Source of the DNA: an uncultured Clostridia bacterium
GTDB lineage: Bacteria > Bacillota > Clostridia > Christensenellales > UBA1242
Length of the DNA: 64,000 nt
Assembly: GCA_944383385.1 (NCBI GenBank)
Contig: CALWPI010000001.1
Span: 10,170-74,169, forward strand
Direction of reading: 5' to 3'
Part shown: piece by piece, positions 27,146 to 37,403 of the stretch
Position numbering within the stretch: position 1 is the first letter of the stretch
How the letters are laid out: each line of letters opens with the position of its first letter
Notes under the pieces: generated by a model
Database searches by the model: none
What the model was told of the DNA's origin: nothing
The model's input: only the letters and a program-made list of their open reading frames with translations
Translations under genes and position numbers: made by a program

Positions 27146-30100
27146 ATGGGAAAAATTTTTAAGGTATTAGGATATGTCTTTTTAGGGTTATTCATACTCG
27201 CACTTGGAGTAGTTGGGTTTCTCTATTTTAGTGGGGCATTCAATGATAATAAGATTGAATTGGACACTATTGCTTTTGAAATTGACGCAGACAATATGGA
27301 AAACATTGAGTCAATGCTTATTGGTGGGCAAGAGACTTTGATTGTCACAGACGATATTCAAATGACGATAGGTTACACTCCATCAAATGCGACAAGCAAA
27401 ACTATCAATTTGAGAGTAAAAGCAGGACAAGATTTTATAAGTGTTCCAAGTCAAGTCATTGCAGGAGAACCATTTACTATACATATTGATAAAGAAAATG
27501 AAAATTATGGTGGAACAGTCATCATATCTGCCGCCGATGTTAAAGGACAAACAAAGGTAGACAAAGACTTGATATTTGTTGTTGACCGTCCAGTAGAAGA
27601 TTTGACATTATTCAATTTTGCAAATGAGGTTGGTGTGAGTGATAGTGGACCAATAATTGCTTTTTCAAAAGAATTGTTGCCATTTCAATTAGAGAGCACA
27701 CCACTCAATGCACTCAATCCAAACTTGGCATCTAGTGAATTTGATACAAGCAAGTTTTTCAAAAATATCAAAGTTGAGTCACAAGACGCCTCAATAGTTG
27801 AAGTGGTAAAAAATGAAACAAATCCAACAGAAATAAATATTGCTAATAATAGTGTTTTACTCAATTATTATTTGCGTACTGTCAATAAAGGTACGGCAGA
27901 TGTTGTCGCAACAATGTTCCCAACATATATAATGGATGCTGACTATACTGCTACGAATTTTGAAAAATTTTTGGCAAGCGACCCACAATACATAATGTTT
28001 AGTACAATTGCAAACGATTGTGCAAAGTTTGTGACCAAATACAAAGATTATATTTTGAGTATTGAAGAACAAATTTATATGCCTTCTTTGGGTAAGTCAA
28101 TGAATGGGGAAGAACTCATCAATGAATTGACCAATAATGGAACGGTAGAAATATCTTTTACAACAGACAACCGTGGGGCAGACGTGTTCCAAGATGTATT
28201 ACAATTTATGCAAATAAAAGCGCAATACAGTGTGTCCGTTGTCATGGGAGAAGTAGATTCTATTTCCGTTGACACAAATAGCATTGATTGGATACTACAC
28301 AAAGATAATTCTGCACAACCATATACAATTGATTCTTTGGTAAGCACTTTTGGACTGACTATCAATCCAGAAAATGACAATAATAACCTTGATTCATTGC
28401 TATCAAGCATCAAAATAAATGCATTACTTGTAGATACGACTAATCACACATTTACATTTGAAAATTATGAAGACGACGCAACACTACAATCAATTATTGA
28501 TTTGTTAAATAATCCAGAAACAAATAGGTCAACCGGTATTGAGGGAAGAAGTAGTTTGTTCCCAGACTTTAAGGTAACTAATGACCCAGAAAATTATTTC
28601 ATAGACGGATATATGCATTATGAAAAGGCTGAATTTGTAGGCAACCATAGTGAGATACTTACAAATGGCATCTTTGGTGTCAAAGAAGAAATGCGTGGAG
28701 AAGAAAAAGTGTGGGTCATGACCTCATACAACCAAATTCCAGACGGAATGGAATTGTATTTACACTTCTCACTCGAAACAATAATGGCACATGAAGACCA
28801 AAATATCAATGTCATATATGAAACCATTGTTAAGGTAAATATATCTACCAATACTATTCCAGTTGATTCAAACATTTTGATACAAGGCTCAATACCTAGC
28901 GTACTTGTTACAAACGAAAGTGGTGTGTATTATAATGGCGTTATGGCCTATAATACTTACTCATCCGACATAGATTATGCAACACTATCAACTAGCGAAG
29001 GTATATCCGAATTTTCATATACAACTATGAGATATTTGGTCAAACAAAGCGAAGTCCAAAAAATTGAGACAAATGGAGAAACCCCTTGTATTGATGTAGT
29101 AAGAGACGGTCAAGGCAATATTGTTGCACACAGATTGAGCGACGGCGAGATATATTATGAAGTAAACAATAGTCGTAATGGCGTCCTAAATTTGAGAGCA
29201 ACAAACATTTCTCCATACGAAGTAGAACCAAGCAAAGTATATACAAATGCACATATATATTCTGTTATTATAAAAACTGACAGAGAAGGCAATCCAATCT
29301 ATGAAGAAGACGGTTCGTATATTGTCATTGCTAAAAAGATGTCCAATGATACTTTTGTTGTTCGAAGTTTTATTGATAATTTGTATTATTATTCTGCCAT
29401 CACAACACAAGAAGGACAAACAGACAAAACAACTTATGTTTTGAGAAATTACAATATTCCAGGGGACAGATTGGTCAATTATCCAATGGGAACAGGTGAT
29501 GACGTTACAAATGCACTTGTTTTACTAAATGATACCACACATACTGCAACATTATTTGACAGCGACCAAAGTAGTGGTGACCTAAATTATGATGAGATTG
29601 TGGCATATGTTGAGGCAAATCAAGGTAGTGTAGTCATAACGATAGACAAAAACGTTAATCCTATCATTAATGAAGAAATGAATTTTATAGTTCTCAACTA
29701 TATTATTGATTCTAATGGTAATATGTATTTGACTGATGACAACATGAGAGAAACTGAGGTTGTCAAATATAAGAGTGCACTTGATGATGAATATCCATAC
29801 CTTACATTCCAACCAGGTGTGGGAGAAGTCAGTCAAGAAGACATTGGTTCATATGTCCAAACAATTGTGTCAAAAGAAACAAGTGAAACGGGGAATATCA
29901 AATCATTTATCAGTCTAAAAGTCATTGCACTTCAAGACGACCAAATCGATATTAGATGTGTTGGCACAACAAATAATGTAGAAGATAGTTTGTTTATGTA
30001 TCCATTCTATATTGATTATGACAAGAGTGACACTGCACAAAATCTATTTGGATTCCAACATGCGCAAGCAACAGAAGAAGAGTATTACACATATGCATAT

Positions 30101-33100
30101 AGTGACAACTATGTCAGTGGAAATTTAGGCGAAGGCATTCAAAATATGCTAAAACTTCAAGCAAATAGTAATGGTCAAAATATTATTTGGCTTGTAAAAG
30201 ATAGCGCTGTGGATACAACAAATCTCACAAGTTCTATGGACTTTATTATATATGGACAAGATACAGATAGCACATATTATGGTCCTATACTATATCAATT
30301 AGACACATCAAAGGTAGATATTTCTCAACAAGGAAATGTTGAAAATTATTTACAAAATTTTGCACAAAGCACAGTTAGTGAATGGCAGATTAGTTATTAT
30401 GTCTCACAAACGGATGATATTGCTGATTTGAATAGTCTGGCATGGCAATCAACTTCGGTTGAGAATAACCCATACCTTACAATATCAAAAGATGTCAACC
30501 AAAATTATCATATGAATATTTTGCAAGGCACTCAACATGGCGTGTATATCAAACTGACAGTTACACTTTATAACTATGAACTGCCAAATGGCGTGACAAG
30601 CGATTATACATTTGATGGCATTAGTTATCAAATTGCAAAGAGATTCACTACATACATTGTCTTGTATCAAGACGAACCAGTAATCACACTGTATAGTCGT
30701 TTTGACGGAGAAGGTGATGGGGTTTTGAATGGTGGTACAGCTGATGAAGGCGAGTATCGCAATGTTACAGCAGGAGATACAGTGTCTCTTGTGGGTAGCC
30801 AAAACGAAAGTGATTATATTGTAGTAACCTTGTCCAACAAATCAATTATTTCTTCTGCCTATATGAACATAAATCTTGCTGATAGGTCAAAGATGATATT
30901 CTTAGCATACTATGGGGCAGGTAATAATGACAACCCAACCAGGACTTATGAAATAGACGGTACAAAACTTTTGAACAAGTTGGAACTAGAAATATTTGAC
31001 TCTGGCATTGATTCATCTGCCACCTTTACTGTAAGTGTTGCAGGCAAAACATCAATATACTATTTATCAATTACTAAAAACGTCAATATAACTATAAACG
31101 AGATGTCAGCAAATACAACAGGAAATTACAATGTTGAACAAGATAACAATGATTATTATGTTCTAAATGTCGAAGATACTGGGACAAAATCCACCCCAGT
31201 AAGATACGCTTTGAGTGAAATATTCTCAATGACAAAAATAAACGACGGGCAAAATGTTGATATTACGTTTGGCTTTGTCGACCAAGAAGATAGTGCAAAT
31301 GATTATTACAAAATACATACACTAAACGGTATACAATACTTGTATATTGGCAGAGTATTCAACACAATGACTTTTGATATAAATATTTCTTATAAATTGT
31401 CTAGTGAAGACACAGTCACGAGCACATATTATAAGACTATAAGGGTCAAGGTCAATCCAACAATTGCTGTAAGCATTGAAGGAGACTACAATAGTTCAAA
31501 TCCTTTGGATGTAGTGACCGGCGAAAATTATAATATTTACGAAAATGATACATATTATATTCACGGCACATATAACAACGCAGAAATGGACGTTGCAACC
31601 TTACTAAATTATGTAAATGTCAGTGTTGACAGAAATAGTATCAGTGCAGAAGATTTGGTTGCACTTGGTGGACTAAATATGTCCAGTGACAAAAAATCGA
31701 TTACATCAACATTTACAATCAAAAATGTCAACAATGTAAGATTTATTATTCAACTAGCACAAGCAACTGTTTCTATAAACGCTGATAGTATTAGTTTGAG
31801 TGCAAATTCTTATATCATGACAGATATGTCAATGTACTTTAATTTCAAACCAAATGTATCTTTTGTCGCAACGAACGGACAAGATAATAATAGTCAAGAA
31901 AATCCATACATTTTGCAAGATACTCAAATTGCAAGTACGGGCACACAAGGTGAGTTTGTATTGTTTGGAGAAGAAAATGATTTGATAAAATTTGTTGCAA
32001 CATATGGTGGACAACAAACTGATATTACCTTAAATGTAATTTCTTCAATTAGTTTAAGCAAAAAAGTGCTAAACGAAGACGGTTTGACATATAGTTGGGT
32101 AGCACTTGAAGACGGATATATTCAAGTTGTAGTAGACGACAACAAAGTCGTTATAAACAAATTGACTAGCGTAAATCAAGATATAGATATTAGAATCAAT
32201 TTTGAAAATCAATTTGGTGTAAATGCATATTATTATGTCACACTAAAAAGTGATGTGTTAATTAGAGCGCATTATCCAATTCTAGCAAATGGCGAAAATG
32301 TGGCAGTTGGTACAAGCATTGATTTGAACCAAGGCTATGCGCTATCCAACAATAGATTAGAAATCTATTTTAGTGACGGCACAACTCCAATTACTTATGC
32401 CTTTGACAAAACTTATCAACTATTTGCAGACCAAACACTTGCAAATACTATTGATACAAACGTTGCTGAAATATCTGCACAAGGCAAATTGTACGTAAAA
32501 CAAAGCATTAGTGATATTTATATTAAGGTGACATTGTCTTGTGGTTCTTATGCTATATATCATATTATTGTTGTGCCAGAAGGATTTAGTAGTGGTATTT
32601 CAAACACTACTCAAATCGTTAAGGCAAATCACGAATATACACTTGATGAATTGCTTGGCAATGCAAAATATGCTGCACTAAAAACTGCTGATGGCAAAGA
32701 AATAATAAGCCAAAGCACTTATACATTTGAAGAAACATATTCAGCAACCAAATACGAAGTCCAATTCTATGTCTACAATGATGATAGTTTGCAAAGCGAA
32801 GGGGAGAAGATTTATACATTCCAAGTAGAAAGGAATATAACAATCGTATCAAATACTGATTATAGCGAAATTGCTGCAAACAATGAATATCAATTGTATT
32901 ATACTAATGAAAGTGGCGAAAACTATATTTTGGCATTGACCAAAGATGACGGAACAAACGAGTATTTAGATGCATCAATGTTTACATATTCAACAAACAA
33001 TGAAAACATTGTTATCGCAGGAAATACTATAAAGTATAATGGCAATGTAAATAGCAATCAAAAAGTAACCATTACAGTAGAATATGAAGATTATATTATT

Positions 33101-34384
33101 GGGACAGTCAATGTTACAATTGTGCCAAATATCAAAAATTTGATAAAAGAAGACCTTTACAACTATACAGCACTTGCTAGTTATAATGTTATAAGTCCAG
33201 CCAGTGGTACAGGTACAATTTTGGTTAGTGAGTATAGTTCACCAACTAATTATATTGGTGAAGATATTGATGGAACACTTACTTACTCTATTGATAATTT
33301 ACCACAAGGAGTATCAATTAGTGGAGATGGTAATATTACATATCCAATAGTCAACAAAACAATCTCATTTGTTGTCACAGCAACAATTACTTGGAGAGAC
33401 GTTTCATATAGCGAAAAAGTGACAATATATGTTCAAAATAACCTTGACACAAATACTATCAAGACACCAACTATTAGTGTTGATGCTGGACAAGTGATAC
33501 CACTTGATGTTACTAGAACAGGAAACACCATTTCATTGGAAGGCAATGCATTATTTAGCCTAAGAAATGAAGGGGAGACAAACATTGTTTTAAGATTTGA
33601 TGAAATTGAAACAAGTGATTATAGTATAGTTAAAGATAGTGATGGAACATATAGTTTGTATGTCTACAATTCAAATAATACTAATGCAATTAAAATTAGT
33701 TACTATATTGATTTTATTGGAACAACAAGTGTTGATGAATGTTACAAAGACAACCTGACGTACTTCTATATTCAATTGAATACTGCAAGTGTTGTTGATG
33801 AAATTGCAATTAAAGACGGCAACGATAATGCAATTACGCTAGATACAAATGCTATACTACTAAATGACATTCTAAATATTGGTGATAATAATTCTTCAAT
33901 TTGGTATCATAGTGTTTATGCAAGTGACTCAAATGGTAATACTGACGGACACAAGATTGTTCAAAATGGCAACGAAACATATCTAGTATTTGCTTGTACA
34001 ACGGAAGAACAAGAGGTCGATATTAGATTGTATCCATATAGTGGAGCGACAAACTTTGTTACTATTACATTTACCGTTCCAGCATCTAATGCATTAGAAA
34101 ATGTTAATATTGACCTACAATATACCGGCAGTCCAATTGTACACGATTTAGAAAATGATTTTGTATTTATGGACAGTACAGGAACAACAGAATTTGACAA
34201 GTCAATATTTGATTATACTATTGAAAATGTTGCACCAGTAGGACAGATAACAGATTCTAACTTGAACGGAAGTATTCTAACTATTGACACATTGACGGCG
34301 ACAACTACGCTTGTTATAAATGTGACAGATGGTATAAACACATTTAGAATAATTATCAATATTACAGTAGCAACTACTGAATGA
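27146..34384 (+). CDS. Giant surface protein (2412 aa) with a single N-terminal membrane anchor and many Ig-like units; function unknown
   Basis: An AGGAG SD precedes ATG 27146. The N-terminal hydrophobic segment is VLGYVFLGLFILALGVVGFLYF. The protein is N/T/Y/I/D-rich, with recurring Ig-domain-end strands such as VTITVEYEDYIIGTVNVTIVPN, FVVTATITWRDVSYSEKVTIYVQNN, ATFTVSVAGKTSIYYLSITKNVNITI and TTLVINVTDGINTFRIIINITVA. I found no LPXTG or SLH motif. Confidence 0.8.
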   Translation: MGKIFKVLGYVFLGLFILALGVVGFLYFSGAFNDNKIELDTIAFEIDADNMENIESMLIGGQETLIVTDDIQMTIGYTPSNATSKTINLRVKAGQDFISVPSQVIAGEPFTIHIDKENENYGGTVIISAADVKGQTKVDKDLIFVVDRPVEDLTLFNFANEVGVSDSGPIIAFSKELLPFQLESTPLNALNPNLASSEFDTSKFFKNIKVESQDASIVEVVKNETNPTEINIANNSVLLNYYLRTVNKGTADVVATMFPTYIMDADYTATNFEKFLASDPQYIMFSTIANDCAKFVTKYKDYILSIEEQIYMPSLGKSMNGEELINELTNNGTVEISFTTDNRGADVFQDVLQFMQIKAQYSVSVVMGEVDSISVDTNSIDWILHKDNSAQPYTIDSLVSTFGLTINPENDNNNLDSLLSSIKINALLVDTTNHTFTFENYEDDATLQSIIDLLNNPETNRSTGIEGRSSLFPDFKVTNDPENYFIDGYMHYEKAEFVGNHSEILTNGIFGVKEEMRGEEKVWVMTSYNQIPDGMELYLHFSLETIMAHEDQNINVIYETIVKVNISTNTIPVDSNILIQGSIPSVLVTNESGVYYNGVMAYNTYSSDIDYATLSTSEGISEFSYTTMRYLVKQSEVQKIETNGETPCIDVVRDGQGNIVAHRLSDGEIYYEVNNSRNGVLNLRATNISPYEVEPSKVYTNAHIYSVIIKTDREGNPIYEEDGSYIVIAKKMSNDTFVVRSFIDNLYYYSAITTQEGQTDKTTYVLRNYNIPGDRLVNYPMGTGDDVTNALVLLNDTTHTATLFDSDQSSGDLNYDEIVAYVEANQGSVVITIDKNVNPIINEEMNFIVLNYIIDSNGNMYLTDDNMRETEVVKYKSALDDEYPYLTFQPGVGEVSQEDIGSYVQTIVSKETSETGNIKSFISLKVIALQDDQIDIRCVGTTNNVEDSLFMYPFYIDYDKSDTAQNLFGFQHAQATEEEYYTYAYSDNYVSGNLGEGIQNMLKLQANSNGQNIIWLVKDSAVDTTNLTSSMDFIIYGQDTDSTYYGPILYQLDTSKVDISQQGNVENYLQNFAQSTVSEWQISYYVSQTDDIADLNSLAWQSTSVENNPYLTISKDVNQNYHMNILQGTQHGVYIKLTVTLYNYELPNGVTSDYTFDGISYQIAKRFTTYIVLYQDEPVITLYSRFDGEGDGVLNGGTADEGEYRNVTAGDTVSLVGSQNESDYIVVTLSNKSIISSAYMNINLADRSKMIFLAYYGAGNNDNPTRTYEIDGTKLLNKLELEIFDSGIDSSATFTVSVAGKTSIYYLSITKNVNITINEMSANTTGNYNVEQDNNDYYVLNVEDTGTKSTPVRYALSEIFSMTKINDGQNVDITFGFVDQEDSANDYYKIHTLNGIQYLYIGRVFNTMTFDINISYKLSSEDTVTSTYYKTIRVKVNPTIAVSIEGDYNSSNPLDVVTGENYNIYENDTYYIHGTYNNAEMDVATLLNYVNVSVDRNSISAEDLVALGGLNMSSDKKSITSTFTIKNVNNVRFIIQLAQATVSINADSISLSANSYIMTDMSMYFNFKPNVSFVATNGQDNNSQENPYILQDTQIASTGTQGEFVLFGEENDLIKFVATYGGQQTDITLNVISSISLSKKVLNEDGLTYSWVALEDGYIQVVVDDNKVVINKLTSVNQDIDIRINFENQFGVNAYYYVTLKSDVLIRAHYPILANGENVAVGTSIDLNQGYALSNNRLEIYFSDGTTPITYAFDKTYQLFADQTLANTIDTNVAEISAQGKLYVKQSISDIYIKVTLSCGSYAIYHIIVVPEGFSSGISNTTQIVKANHEYTLDELLGNAKYAALKTADGKEIISQSTYTFEETYSATKYEVQFYVYNDDSLQSEGEKIYTFQVERNITIVSNTDYSEIAANNEYQLYYTNESGENYILALTKDDGTNEYLDASMFTYSTNNENIVIAGNTIKYNGNVNSNQKVTITVEYEDYIIGTVNVTIVPNIKNLIKEDLYNYTALASYNVISPASGTGTILVSEYSSPTNYIGEDIDGTLTYSIDNLPQGVSISGDGNITYPIVNKTISFVVTATITWRDVSYSEKVTIYVQNNLDTNTIKTPTISVDAGQVIPLDVTRTGNTISLEGNALFSLRNEGETNIVLRFDEIETSDYSIVKDSDGTYSLYVYNSNNTNAIKISYYIDFIGTTSVDECYKDNLTYFYIQLNTASVVDEIAIKDGNDNAITLDTNAILLNDILNIGDNNSSIWYHSVYASDSNGNTDGHKIVQNGNETYLVFACTTEEQEVDIRLYPYSGATNFVTITFTVPASNALENVNIDLQYTGSPIVHDLENDFVFMDSTGTTEFDKSIFDYTIENVAPVGQITDSNLNGSILTIDTLTATTTLVINVTDGINTFRIIINITVATTE

Positions 34385-34394
34385 TAATGAGACG

Positions 34395-34420
34395 AAAAGA
34401 AGGGGAAACCCTTCTTTTTA
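34395..34420 (+). terminator. Intrinsic terminator
   Basis: gaaggg-gaaa-cccttc (GNRA loop) followed by T5. Confidence 0.8.
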
Positions 34421-34496
34421 TGTGCTATATATAAAATAATAAAAAGTAGTATTTTATAGAAATAATATAAAAATGTAAAATATTAGCAAATATCAA

Positions 34497-34526
34497 GAAT
34501 ATTCCTTACTTTTTTTTAGCAAACTA
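34497..34526 (+). promoter_or_regulatory. Candidate forespore (sigma-G/F-type) promoter of spoVT
   Basis: GAATA - 18 nt - CAAACTA resembles the GHATR / CATxHTA pattern and sits about 20 nt upstream of the spoVT SD. Confidence 0.3.
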
Positions 34527-34545
34527 AAATAGTAAGGAGAAAAGT

Positions 34546-35094
34546 ATGAAAGACAGTGGCATTGTAAGAAAAATTGATGATTTGGGACGTATAGTTGTGC
34601 CAAAAGAATTGAGAAAGACACTAAAAATAGGAATAGGCACACCTATTGAAATTTGTATGGTTGATGGCAAAATTGTGCTCACAAAATATTCAAGAGCAAA
34701 TGATATTTTAGAAGTGGGCAAACAATTATGTTCAAGTCTGTCAAAAATGCTTGATTGTGGTGTTATTTTATGTGATGATGACAAAATTCAAATTGTGTCA
34801 AATGCGAGCAAAAAACAATATCATAATATAGAGATATCATCTCAATTACATAAATATTTTGAGTCTAAAACACCAGTTATTTTGCGAAAAGTAGACGGCT
34901 CATATATGATACCTATTTATAATGGGGACAAGAATGAGTATACCAGTCAAATCGTTTATCCTTTAATAAATAATGGCGAGATTATAAGTGTGCTAGTATT
35001 ATTTACAACACAGGACCGTCTATTAGAATATGGCGAAATGGCTATTTGTAAATACATAAATTTTTATATAAACGAAGTAATGGATGTTGAATAA
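34546..35094 (+). CDS. spoVT: Stage V sporulation protein T (AbrB-type N-terminal domain plus GAF-like C-terminal domain)
   Basis: SGIVRKIDDLGRIVVPKELRKTLKIGIGTPIEI is a SpoVT-AbrB domain. The 182-aa length fits SpoVT rather than AbrB. Confidence 0.85.
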   Translation: MKDSGIVRKIDDLGRIVVPKELRKTLKIGIGTPIEICMVDGKIVLTKYSRANDILEVGKQLCSSLSKMLDCGVILCDDDKIQIVSNASKKQYHNIEISSQLHKYFESKTPVILRKVDGSYMIPIYNGDKNEYTSQIVYPLINNGEIISVLVLFTTQDRLLEYGEMAICKYINFYINEVMDVE

Positions 35095-36689
35095 TGAAAA
35101 AAAAGTCATTTATATATGGTGCAGTTATTCTTTCATTTGCAGGCATTATTGCCAAAGGTATGGGTGCTTTTTATAAAATACCACTCACCAACATATTGGG
35201 TTCGCAAGGTATTGGAATATACTATTTGATATTTCCAATATACTCTATTTTGCTCGTTTTGTGTAGCAGTGGGATAAGTGTGGCTGTTAGTCGATTTGTT
35301 GCAGTAGAACGCAGTCGTGGCAATGTCGAAGGCGAGAAACGTGTTCTAAAAATTGGGCTGGTTTATAGTACAATATTGTCATTAATATGTGCGACTTTGC
35401 TCGTAGTTTTGGCTTCATATATTGCAGAGTGGCAGGGCAATATAAATTCTAGACTTGGACTTGTTGCTATCGCACCTGCAATCATATTTGCATCACTAGT
35501 AGCTGTTTTTCGTGGATATTTTCAAGGACTAGAAAACATGATACCAACATCAGCATCCAATATTATTGAACAAGGTGTCAAGATTGGATTTGGACTTTAT
35601 TTTGCAAATTTATTTTTGTATAAAGGCGTTTCATTTGCTGTATTGGGAGCGACGCTCAGCGTATCACTTTGTGAGTTGGTTGCCTTGTTTATAATCTATA
35701 TCAATTATTTGTTTGATAGAAGAAAATCGTCTTTTGAACCAGATAAAAATGTGCAAAGCACGTATAGACCACTTGTTGTACAAATGGGCAAATATTCCTT
35801 TTTTGCAACAATATCATGCCTTATTATGCCATTATGTGGATTGTTTGATAGTTTTGTTATTATCAACATTTTGTTAGATAGTGGATTTTCTATGGCAGAT
35901 GCAACAAGTTTGTATGGTATTAGTTGTGGTGTTGTATCAACTATTATTAGTATTCCAGTCATATTTACTATGGCAATTACCACTGTGCTTGTTCCAAACG
36001 TTAGTGGGATTGATGAAGACAGTTTGATTGCAACAAGATGTGCCTTTCTCACTAAAATATCCTGGCTATTGTCATTGTTTTGTTTTATTATAATATTAGT
36101 ATTAGGACAAGACATCATTAGAGCACTGTTTGGACACGGACTAACTGTAAGTAATGTAGATGAGTTGGAGTTTGCTACAAAATTATTGCAGGTCAGTAGT
36201 GCAAGTGTTATATATTATTCGTTTGTGCAGATTTTTAGTGGAATATTGCAAGCAATCAACAAACCACAATACAATTCTCTTGCCATGGGCATATCTTTTG
36301 TTGTGCGTTGTGCTTTGATATATTTATTGGTGTCAATAAAAGAAATCAATATTTTTGGTCAGGTAATAGGACAGTCAGTGTTTTTGATTATATCATGTAT
36401 GATTCAACTATACTTTATCAAAAAGTATATGATGTTTAGAATAGAATTTAATACTTTTGTAACAAAACCAATATTAGTTGCATTAATTGTTGGTGCAGCA
36501 GTCTATGGTCTTGATAAAGTATTGTATGGTACAAATGTATGGGTTAGTTTAGTTTTGTGTGGTATGACGGCAATAATCCTATACACATTATTGATATGGA
36601 AAACCAAAGTATTCAATGTTGTGGAGCAAAATTATTTCCCCAAAATATCATTTAGAAAGAAAAAAATATCTTCTTCAAATGAAAAATAA
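35094..36689 (+). CDS. MOP-superfamily flippase (SpoVB/YabM/MurJ-like polysaccharide or lipid II flippase)
   Basis: 531-aa polytopic protein starting KSFIYGAVILSFAGIIAKGMGAFYKIPLTNILG. It is adjacent to spoVT, as yabM is in B. subtilis. Confidence 0.8.
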   Translation: MKKKSFIYGAVILSFAGIIAKGMGAFYKIPLTNILGSQGIGIYYLIFPIYSILLVLCSSGISVAVSRFVAVERSRGNVEGEKRVLKIGLVYSTILSLICATLLVVLASYIAEWQGNINSRLGLVAIAPAIIFASLVAVFRGYFQGLENMIPTSASNIIEQGVKIGFGLYFANLFLYKGVSFAVLGATLSVSLCELVALFIIYINYLFDRRKSSFEPDKNVQSTYRPLVVQMGKYSFFATISCLIMPLCGLFDSFVIINILLDSGFSMADATSLYGISCGVVSTIISIPVIFTMAITTVLVPNVSGIDEDSLIATRCAFLTKISWLLSLFCFIIILVLGQDIIRALFGHGLTVSNVDELEFATKLLQVSSASVIYYSFVQIFSGILQAINKPQYNSLAMGISFVVRCALIYLLVSIKEINIFGQVIGQSVFLIISCMIQLYFIKKYMMFRIEFNTFVTKPILVALIVGAAVYGLDKVLYGTNVWVSLVLCGMTAIILYTLLIWKTKVFNVVEQNYFPKISFRKKKISSSNEK

Positions 36690-36963
36690 TTATATAATAA
36701 AAAATAAAAAAGTGGTCAATATTATATAAAATGCCTATATTTAGTCATTTACAAAATTTAGAGTACTGATTGACCCAAAAGACGGAATAAAGCCATTTTT
36801 TTATAATGAAAAATATTCAAAAATTCTAAAAATATGGCTATATTTACGGCTTTTTATGATATTTTTGCATTTTATAAAAAAATGAAAAAATATGTAATTT
36901 CGTTTGGAGATATCGCAAATTATGGTATAATACAGTATAACCTAGTTATAAAGGAGAATATTT

Positions 36964-37239
36964 ATGAACAAAGTTGAATTAACAAGAGTTGTTGCTGAAA
37001 AAACAGAACTAACTCTAAAAGATGCTACAGAAGTAGTTGATGCTGTTCTAGGAACAGTTGTAGACGCTCTAGCACATGGCGAAGAAGTATCAATCGCAGG
37101 TTTTGGTAAATTCGTCGTAAAAAGAAGAGCTGCTCGTGAAAGCATCAATCCAAGAACAAAGGAAGTTGTAAAAGTTCCAGCATCAAAAGCTCCAGTATTC
37201 AAAGCTGGTAAAGCATTGAAGGAAGTAGTTAATAAATAA
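36964..37239 (+). CDS. hup: DNA-binding protein HU
   Basis: MNKVELTRVVAEKTELTLKDA ... GFGKFVVKRRAARESINPRTKE. Confidence 0.96.
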   Translation: MNKVELTRVVAEKTELTLKDATEVVDAVLGTVVDALAHGEEVSIAGFGKFVVKRRAARESINPRTKEVVKVPASKAPVFKAGKALKEVVNK

Positions 37240-37248
37240 ATTCCTTGA

Positions 37249-37275
37249 AAGTTCGCCTATGGCGGACTTTTTTTT
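37249..37275 (+). terminator. Intrinsic terminator of hup
   Basis: agttcgcc-tat-ggcggact followed by T9. Confidence 0.85.
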
Positions 37276-37403
37276 ATTAAAACTAGAATTTTTTATATAC
37301 ATCATATTATTTTTGTTCTGCCACCTGACTACAAATTGAGATATATTATCAATATGACTAATGTTTATTTTACAAATGTATATTATAATGATAAAATTAT
37401 TGT

